DNA of 64,000 nucleotides from Mantamonas sphyraenae STR306 (lineage: Eukaryota; Protista; CRuMs): the NCBI GenBank assembly GCA_026936335.1, contig JAPMXV010000072.1, positions 124,001-188,000 of the forward strand, read 5' to 3'. Positions 56,713 to 64,000 of this stretch are shown here, one piece after another. Position 1 is the first letter of the stretch. Each line of letters begins with the position of its first letter. The notes below the pieces were generated by a model. That model made no database searches and was not told the origin of the DNA. It saw only the letters and a list, made by a program, of their open reading frames with translations. The translations under genes and the position numbers were made by a program.

Positions 56713-59001
56713 TCATTGCTTTGCCTTGACCACCCACACCATGATGGTGCCGTCTTGACAGCCTGCCACAAGGGTGACGGCGTCCTGTGTGGTGCATACG
56801 TCCAGACACTTGACCGGCGAGCCTGCGCCGGGAAGGACGGCAACCTCGGAGCCGCTGACCAGTTCCCACAGACGCACGTTGCCAGAGTTGCCGCCGGCCA
56901 CGAGATAGTTGCCGTCTGTGCACACGGCATGCATCACTTCCGATGGATACAGAGTCAGCAGCTCGCCTCCGTTGAATTCGCTGACCATGAGCATTTCGTC
57001 TGCGCTTGCGCTGACCACCTTGTCTCCCTCCGGGGACAGGGCAATGGCTGTGATTTCGTCTCTGTGTGCATGGACCAGTCCACGCATGGAATAGCCCGCC
57101 TGCACGTCCCACTCCACGTAGGTGCCGTCCTTGGATCCGCTGACTGCGTAGTTGCCCTGGGCATCCATCGCCAGGCAGTTCACCTCGGTTTCATGTTCCA
57201 CAAACTCCGCCACGGGCACCGACCCCAGCCCCTGACCCGGTGTGTACGTCCACTGACGCACCGAAGCGTCCCAGCTGCCCGACAGCAGCGTACTGTTGGC
57301 AAACGCCAGGCACGAGACAGCGTCCTCGTGCGCAGGCAGACTGTCACTCACGCGTCCGTAGTCCACCGAGTAGACGTGGATCTGGTCGTCCCAGGAGCCC
57401 ACCACTACGTCTTTTTCCGACGGCGTCAACACCACCGACGACAGGGTCATGTCGCACACATTGGTCGATCGCAATTGTCTCTCCTCGGTCAATGAGTACA
57501 GCTTCAACGACTGATCTTGCGACACAGAGTACACCACTGTGCCCTCCTTGCCCAGTTTCACCTCGGTTACCTCGTCCCTGTGCAACCGCGTGCACAACAC
57601 ACGCTCCCGCAACTCCTCACGCCCCAGCGACCCCCAATGGATGCCACCTCCCGACTCGCCATCCCCACCGTCGCCTACGCCGTCACCGGTCATGCCTGCG
57701 GTGTCATCCCCCTGTACAAAGCCTGCGTCGCTTCCCGACTGCAAATCAAACGCACCCATGCTGTCCAGACCACTGCTGCTGCCTCCGCTTGGAGACAGGA
57801 GGCCCATTTGCGCACTGCCACTCCCGCCGTGGATGGTACCGTGCTTGCCTGCCTGCTTGCGCTTGGGATGGGGCTTGCGAAACAGCTGCCTCGGTGTTTG
57901 GCCAAACTCGCTGATTTGCATCTCCATGCCCTTGCGTTCCATGGGATCTGTGATGCTGTCGATGTCCACCGCACCCTCGTACGTGAGGTAGTAGAACAGG
58001 TTGTCCGCTTTGACCGCCTCCACGCCGCGTTGCTTGTACCCAAACACGAGGTCGATCCACTGGTGCAGGTGCTTGCTCACATACTCGCACTCCAGCGCCT
58101 CGCGCATCTGACGCGTAAAGTCCGCGGCGTCCTTGGCCCACGGTGGCAACTTGACGTCGTCCACCTTTGTGCCGTCGCTACGCACGCCAAAGTCGATGCG
58201 GTTGCGATTGACCAGGAAATCGCCGGGGGGCACATAAAACTCGGGGATCAGCTCCTTCACGTCGCCTGTGTTGGTCAGCACGTTGTTGTACGTGTCTGCA
58301 ATGTCGTCAAACAGTCGGTCCGCCTGGTCAAACTTGCCGTTCTGCAAACGCAGCATGTACTGCGGCGCCACACGCACCAGATAAAACAGCACGTAGCCCG
58401 GCGTGGAGTAATGCGTGCCATACAGGAACCGTTTGCTGATAAACGTATCCCTGTCGTCCGCAGCGTCTCCCAATCCTCCGTTGCCGTCTCCGCCATCATC
58501 CGCACCGCCTCCAAGGTCACCGCCTCCAGTGGTGCCCAGGTCGGCGCTGCTGCCGCCTGCGGGTCCCATGTCGTCGTCGTCGGGCATCTGTTCGTAGCGC
58601 TCGCGAAAGACTTCCAGGCGCTCGGGATTGAGGGCGCCCACGGGTTTGCTGAGGTCGCGGAAGGAGTCTGGGTTGGTGAGGTCCAGGGTGTCTGAAGTGT
58701 AGTCCTGCAACACCCAGGGAAACACAGGGTACTGGGTGAGGTCGTTGTACGTGCGGCCGGCGAGGAAGTTGACCTGCTGCAAATAATCAAAGTTGGACAC
58801 CAGGCCGTTGACCCACTTCAGCGTGAGGGTGTCCAGATCGTCCAAGCGCACGTGGTTATGCGACGTCAAGTCCACCAGCAGTTCATACATGCTTTCCCGC
58901 GCCTGGTGGTCCTTGAAGGAAAAGAACACCGAATCCGTGGCACTTGCACGCTTGGATAGATCTCCTGTGCCACCGGTGCTTCCATTGCCACTGCTGCTGC
59001 C

Positions 59002-59034
<33 letters not shown>

Positions 59035-60252
59035 TCTGCTGCTTCCACCTGTGCCTGTGCCAACGTCGTTGGAGAGGAAAAACACCTCGAGACCCACGTG
59101 ACGCAGCATATGACGGCGCAGGGAGACATTGATGATGCTGTCGAGAGGGTACTTGAAGACAGGAGTGGCGGAAATGTTGTTGCTGGGTTGGAAGTAGAGG
59201 ACAGAGTTGGTGAGGAGCATGCGGCCCGGTTCGTTGCACAACGGCGTCACACGCGTCACCATGCACTGCTTCAACTGCTTCTCCGTCGTCATCTCCAGCC
59301 AGCTCTTGTCAAACGGAATCGATTCGTTGCGTTCCTGCATCCAAGCCTGACAGAGAGAGAGTGTGTGTGTGTGAGTGTGTACGTGTGCAGTGGGAGGGTG
59401 TGGGGGGGGAAGGGTTTGGGGTGGGAGGGCAGCAAGTTGATCACGTGCCGTCCCCAGGGTGCACACATGCACTCGTGATGCAAGTGGAGTGGGTGATGCG
59501 TGGCATGGACCCAGTGTGAGGGTGTGGCGTGGTGGAACGCTTACCTCGAGTTCCTCCTCGCCCTCGCCGGCGGGCTTGCTGGCCATCTGGAAAAGTTCCT
59601 GAAAGACCGGGAGCAGGGCGCCTGCGTTGACGTAGTTGAGGGAGAAGCGATGGTGTGCCTGCTGGGTGTGAAAGGCATAGGGGGCGTTCTCGTTGAAGGC
59701 CAGCATGGAGATGTGCTGTGTGCAGAGGAGCTCCACCAGGTCGCCGTTTACGGCGGCAAAGGGGCCGGTGAGCGACGACGTGTACGAGTCCAGGTACACA
59801 GTGTTCTTGAAGGGAAACTTGAGTACAGGGTTGTCCAGACCCGCAGGCTCAAACACCAGCGAGTGGGAACACAGCTTGAGGCGTCCCTTTTGCTTCCTGC
59901 ATGCGTGGGAGCGCGGGTCAGCAAGGTGCGAAGGAGGGCACATTCGCATCGCGCGCGAGGGATCCACTCGGGGGGCAAACGAGGAGGGACATCACCTCCA
60001 GACTTACTTGGCGACGGACTCTTGCTCAGACCGGGCCGGTGGGTAGTAGTAGACGCTAAAGTCGTCGATGTAGTACTCGCCCTCGTCCAACAGGAGCAGG
60101 GAAAAGCGAGTTTTCGAGGGGCGAACAAACTGATGGGGGGAGTGGGAGTGGGGAGGGGAAAGGGTTAATGGGATGGAGGAGGGTGGTGAGGTGGGGTGGA
60201 GGGTAGGTGGGTGGGTGGTGGTGGTAGGGGTGGATGGAGGGTGGTGTACCAT
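56713..60252 (-). CDS. NSMAF: FAN/NSMAF-like GRAM-PH-BEACH-WD40 protein (exons 60252-60250, 60129-60008, 59896-59545, 59346-56713)
   Basis: RFSLLLLDEGEYY, GRLKLCSHSLVFEP, SNFDYL..AGRTYNDLTQYPVFPWV, YGTHYSTPGYV, DVKELIPEFY, WIDLVFGYKQRG, FGQTPRQLF and C-terminal WD40 repeats. Confidence 0.94.
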
Positions 60253-60573
60253 TTGGGAAGATCGTGGGTGAGCCAGCGCATGGTGGGGAGGATGGGGGTT
60301 GGAGGGAGGATGGACAGAGTGTGGGGTGTGTGGTTGGGTGGGATGTGTCGCTGCAGGGAAGTGGTGGATACGAGGATCTGGACGATGTGATGGAGAGCGA
60401 GGGTGAAAGGTTGTTTGCATCGCAGATGTTGGGCTTCGGCGTGTGCTGGGAGGAAGGAGTGCATGGGAAACATGTGGTTGCATGCGACAGGAGTGGTGAC
60501 GGTGGTTGGAGATGGATCTGGGAGGAGGATGGGGTGTTGTTTGGGAGGGAGGTGCGCGGCTGGGGACACTTCA

Positions 60574-63500
60574 ATGGACAAGAGACAACGTGATGAAGGG
60601 GGAGAGACGGAGGTTGGAATTGAGGTGATGAAGAGACAACGGATAGAGGAGGGGGGACGTAGGGCAATGCAGACGCGGTTTGTGGAAGTGGAGATGTCAA
60701 GAGGGAACGGCGACAGGGACGGAGAGGCTGGGGAAGAGGGGGAGGGTGCTATGGATGTGGATGGAGTGGGGAGGGTGGAAGGGGCGCACACGGGTGAGTC
60801 ATCGTCGTCGTCTGGAGTGAGGGATGGGCAGGGAAAGGATGGGAACACGAAAAGAAGGGGGAAGTTTGGTGGTCACTGGTGGGAGGAGGGCGGAATGAGG
60901 GATGTGAGGGTACTGGTGCTGGGGAATGATGGGAATGGGACACTTGGATCTGTGGATGAGCAGCGGGTGATTGAAGGGGCGTGTCATGAGACGCCATTGG
61001 AGCCATTGGGGAGGCTGGACACGCGTCAGGACGCTGTGGTGCGGCTGGCGCGTGAGTACGGGCAGCACATGGTGCATATTGTGGCACACATGGGAAGAGA
61101 GTACGTGGAGGCTGAGGATGGGGATGTGATGCGGCAGACACTTGTGGATGCAGTGAGGGAGGCAAGGCCTGTGCTGGTGTTTCTGAACGGGTGTGAGAGC
61201 GAGGAGATAGCAAAGAAGGTGGGTGAGTATGTGCCAGTGGTGATTGGATACAGGGAGAAGGTGCTCGACGGGCCAGCTGTGAAGATGGCAGGGGCACTGT
61301 ATGAGGCATTGGGAGCGGGAGAGGGAGTAGCGACGGCGTTTGGGGAAGCACAGAAGGCAGGAGGGGACAGAGAGGGGAAGAAGGCAGTGTTGGTGACATG
61401 GGAGGGGTGGGAGAAGGAGAGGCTGGTGAATGGGAGAGGGAGGAGTGCAAAGGAGGCAGAGGCAGGATGGGCAAAGCGGGTGGACAATCTGAGCAAGAAG
61501 AGGGAGCTGGTGGCGAGGAATGGTGTCATGGAGAAGGTGTGGGGAGAAGAAGGGGTGGTGGTGATGCATGGGGCACGGGGCATGGGCAAGACAAGTGTGG
61601 CACAGATGTATGCGTGGAGGTTGAAAGAGGAAAGGGCGGCGGAGGTGGTGTGGTGGGTGCGTGGGCAGAGCAGGGAGGAGGTGGTGAGTGATGTGCTGCA
61701 ACTGGGAGTGGCATTGGGGGTGTTGAAGAACCAGGAGGTGGAGATGGCGAACAAGGAGGAGGTGCGGGAAGGGATGGCACGGCAGACGATACGCGCGCTG
61801 AAGGGACGACGGTGGGTGATGGTTGTGGATGGAGTGGAGGAGTGGGGTGATGTGAAACCTGTGCTGCAGGAGGGAGGGACGGTGGTGGTGACAACGTGGA
61901 GGGATGGGATTTGGGACACGAGGGCGGTGGACAAAGTGGTGCGAGTGGGGATCATGGAGGATGGGGAAGTGGATGCAGTGTTTGAAAGTGAAGGGGTGGT
62001 GATGAGTGGAATGGATGAGGAGGAGGAGTTGAAGGCGTATGGGGAGCTGAAGGAGCTTCTGGGAGGGATGGCGCTGGCAGTGCGACAAGCAGCGGCTGTG
62101 ATTGGGAAGGGTAGAGGAAGAGGACGGGTGGGCAAGTACAGGAAGAGACTGGGGAGGAACTTGGGGCAGCTGGAGAAAGGGATTGATTCAGATGCTTATG
62201 ACAAGACGACGATGGCAGTGTGGAAGTTGGCGATGGAGGCAGCTGGGGAGAAGAACGAGGATGCAGAGGGACTGATGCAGTGTCTGGCACTTTTGGATGG
62301 GAGTGGAGTGCAAAGGAGAGTGGTGGTGACGCTGATGGAGAATGTGGAGGGCGTGGGGGACAGGGACGAGGCAGAGGAGCGGGCAGAGGATGCGATGGAA
62401 TCGTTGGAGCGTGTGTCGCTGGTGCAACGGGCTGTGGATGGGGATGGTTGGCAGGTGCATGGACTGGTGCAGTTGATGACGCGGGGAGGGGAGGAGCTAC
62501 AGGTGGAGGCAGACGGGGGTATGGAGGCATGCCAGCGTGTGTTGAAGATGATGGGGAAGGAGTTTGCCTTTGACCCAAGTAGGTCACTGGAAGAGCTTGT
62601 GTGGCACAGGGAGATGCTGATGCATGGGGAGCGGGTGTGGAGGGTGTGTCAAGCAGCGTGCCAAGCTTCAGGTGAAGTTAACAACGTGCGTTGGGTTGGG
62701 CAGAATGTGGCAGCGGTGCATGATTGGATGGGAGCATACGGGAAGGCGGAGAGGGTGCTGGAGGAGGTGATTGAGGTGCAGAGGAGGGCAGGGATGGATG
62801 GGGAGGAGAATACGGGATGGGCAAGGAGCATCCACAACATGGCTGGGGTGTACGAAGCCAAGGGAGAGTACGATCGGGCACTGGAGCTGCATGAGCAGGC
62901 ACTGGAGATCATACGACGGGTGCATGGTGGGGATGCGCACCCGTCTGTGGCCACGAGCATCCACAACATGGCTGGGGTGTACCAGGCCAAGGGAGAGTAC
63001 GATCGGGCACTGGAGCTGTATGAGCAGGCACTGGAGATCATACGACGGGTGCATGGTGGGGATGAGCACCCATCTGTGGCCACGAGCATCCACAACATGG
63101 CTGAGGTGTACCAGGCCAAGGGAGAGTACGATCGGGCACTGGAGCTGTATGAGCAGGCACTGGCGATCGAGCGACGGGTGCATGGTGGGGATGAGCACCC
63201 ATCTGTGGCCACGAGCATCCACAACATAGCTAGTGTGTACGATGACAAGGGAGAGTACGATCGGGCACTGGAGCTGTATAAGCAGGCACTGGAGATCGAT
63301 CGACGGGTGCATGGTGGGGATGCGCACCCGTCTGTGGCCACGAGCATCCACAACATAGCTAGTGTGTACGATGACAAGGGAGAGTACGATCGGGCACTGG
63401 AGCTGTATAAGCAGGCACTGGAGATCAAGCGACGGGTGCATGGTGGGGATGCGCACCCGGAAGTCGCAGCGAGCATTCACAACATGGCTGTGGTGTACCA

Positions 63501-64000
63501 GGCCAAGGGAGAGTACGATCGGGCACTGGAGCTGCATGAGCAGGCACTGGAGATCGATCGACGTGTGCATGGTGGGGATGAGCACCCGTCTGTGGCCACG
63601 AGCATCCACAACATGGCTGGGGTGTACAAAGCCAAGGGAGAGTACGATCGGGCACTGGAGCTGTATGAGCAGGCACTGAAGATCGATCGACGTGTGCATG
63701 GTGGGGATGAGCACCCGTCAGTGGCCACGAGCATCCACAACATGGCTGAGGTGTACCAGGCCAAGGGAGAGTACGATCGGGCACTGGAGCTGTATGAGCA
63801 GGCACTGGAGATCGAGCGACGGGTGCATGGTGGGGATGAGCACCCGTCAGTGGCCACGAGCATCCACAACATAGCTAGTGTGTACGATGACAAGGGAGAG
63901 TACGATCGGGCACTGGAGCTGCATGAGCAGGCACTGGAGATCAAGCGACGTGTGCATGGTGGGGATGAGCACCCGTCAGTGGCCACGAGCATCCACAACA
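60574..64000 (+). CDS. NLR-like STAND protein: CHAT (caspase-fold) protease + NB-ARC NTPase + tandem TPRs; truncated by the window end
   Basis: Frame +1 is open from 60391 to 64000 (first ATG 60463, likely start 60574). VHIVAHMG and LVFLNGCES; Walker A GARGMGKT; Walker B WVMVVDGVE; VVVTTWR; LGGMALAVRQAAA; WQVHGLVQ; 43-aa TPRs. Confidence 0.9.
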   Translation, partial: MDKRQRDEGGETEVGIEVMKRQRIEEGGRRAMQTRFVEVEMSRGNGDRDGEAGEEGEGAMDVDGVGRVEGAHTGESSSSSGVRDGQGKDGNTKRRGKFGGHWWEEGGMRDVRVLVLGNDGNGTLGSVDEQRVIEGACHETPLEPLGRLDTRQDAVVRLAREYGQHMVHIVAHMGREYVEAEDGDVMRQTLVDAVREARPVLVFLNGCESEEIAKKVGEYVPVVIGYREKVLDGPAVKMAGALYEALGAGEGVATAFGEAQKAGGDREGKKAVLVTWEGWEKERLVNGRGRSAKEAEAGWAKRVDNLSKKRELVARNGVMEKVWGEEGVVVMHGARGMGKTSVAQMYAWRLKEERAAEVVWWVRGQSREEVVSDVLQLGVALGVLKNQEVEMANKEEVREGMARQTIRALKGRRWVMVVDGVEEWGDVKPVLQEGGTVVVTTWRDGIWDTRAVDKVVRVGIMEDGEVDAVFESEGVVMSGMDEEEELKAYGELKELLGGMALAVRQAAAVIGKGRGRGRVGKYRKRLGRNLGQLEKGIDSDAYDKTTMAVWKLAMEAAGEKNEDAEGLMQCLALLDGSGVQRRVVVTLMENVEGVGDRDEAEERAEDAMESLERVSLVQRAVDGDGWQVHGLVQLMTRGGEELQVEADGGMEACQRVLKMMGKEFAFDPSRSLEELVWHREMLMHGERVWRVCQAACQASGEVNNVRWVGQNVAAVHDWMGAYGKAERVLEEVIEVQRRAGMDGEENTGWARSIHNMAGVYEAKGEYDRALELHEQALEIIRRVHGGDAHPSVATSIHNMAGVYQAKGEYDRALELYEQALEIIRRVHGGDEHPSVATSIHNMAEVYQAKGEYDRALELYEQALAIERRVHGGDEHPSVATSIHNIASVYDDKGEYDRALELYKQALEIDRRVHGGDAHPSVATSIHNIASVYDDKGEYDRALELYKQALEIKRRVHGGDAHPEVAASIHNMAVVYQAKGEYDRALELHEQALEIDRRVHGGDEHPSVATSIHNMAGVYKAKGEYDRALELYEQALKIDRRVHGGDEHPSVATSIHNMAEVYQAKGEYDRALELYEQALEIERRVHGGDEHPSVATSIHNIASVYDDKGEYDRALELHEQALEIKRRVHGGDEHPSVATSIHN
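62827..64000 (+). repeat. 129-bp (43-aa) TPR tandem array, at least 9 full units, continuing beyond the window
   Basis: Units start at 62827, 62956, 63085, 63214, 63343, 63472, 63601, 63730, 63859, 63988; consensus SIHNxAxVYxxKGEYDRALELxxQALxIxRRVHGGDxHPSVAT. Confidence 0.96.

Noticed and set aside
60234-60593. 119-aa + strand ORF upstream of the NLR-like gene
   Set aside because: Overlaps the FAN start codon and the G-rich promoter, with no recognisable motif; cannot exclude a 5' extension via an indel
1-64000. tRNA, rRNA, snRNA, transposase, reverse transcriptase, viral or telomeric sequence
   Set aside because: None recognised by eye; not excluded without tRNAscan-SE, Infernal and RepeatModeler

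Overview
Gene-dense (about 28 genes in 64 kb), GC-rich eukaryotic DNA with GT-AG spliceosomal introns and the standard genetic code. It probably comes from a flagellated protist: TTLL9 is present, Rpb3 keeps its Fe-S-type motif, and there is a Clu-family gene. The species cannot be determined from the sequence. Most genes are housekeeping (Spt7-like, PWP1, TECR, DAD1, PPME1, NECAP, SmD2, U2AF1, RPB3, RPL38, FAN/NSMAF) and many sit head-to-head with only 44-200 bp between start codons. The most unusual elements are: (1) an NLR-like CHAT-protease / NB-ARC / hypervariable 43-aa TPR gene at 60574->64000, absent from the ORF track because it runs off the window; (2) two tandem eEF1A-derived pseudo-GTPases separated by one in-frame TGA plus 15 nt, the second fused to a prion-like tract, a possible ubiquitin-like domain and a U-box; (3) a giant Clu-RCC1 protein whose acidic N-terminus repeats a YxxxxL-phi motif; (4) two probable pseudoenzymes (PEPCK-like; myristoylated peptidase S51-like). 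Five or six frame breaks, mostly at homopolymers or GT dinucleotides, look like long-read indel errors. All family calls come from motif recognition by eye; no database search was run.
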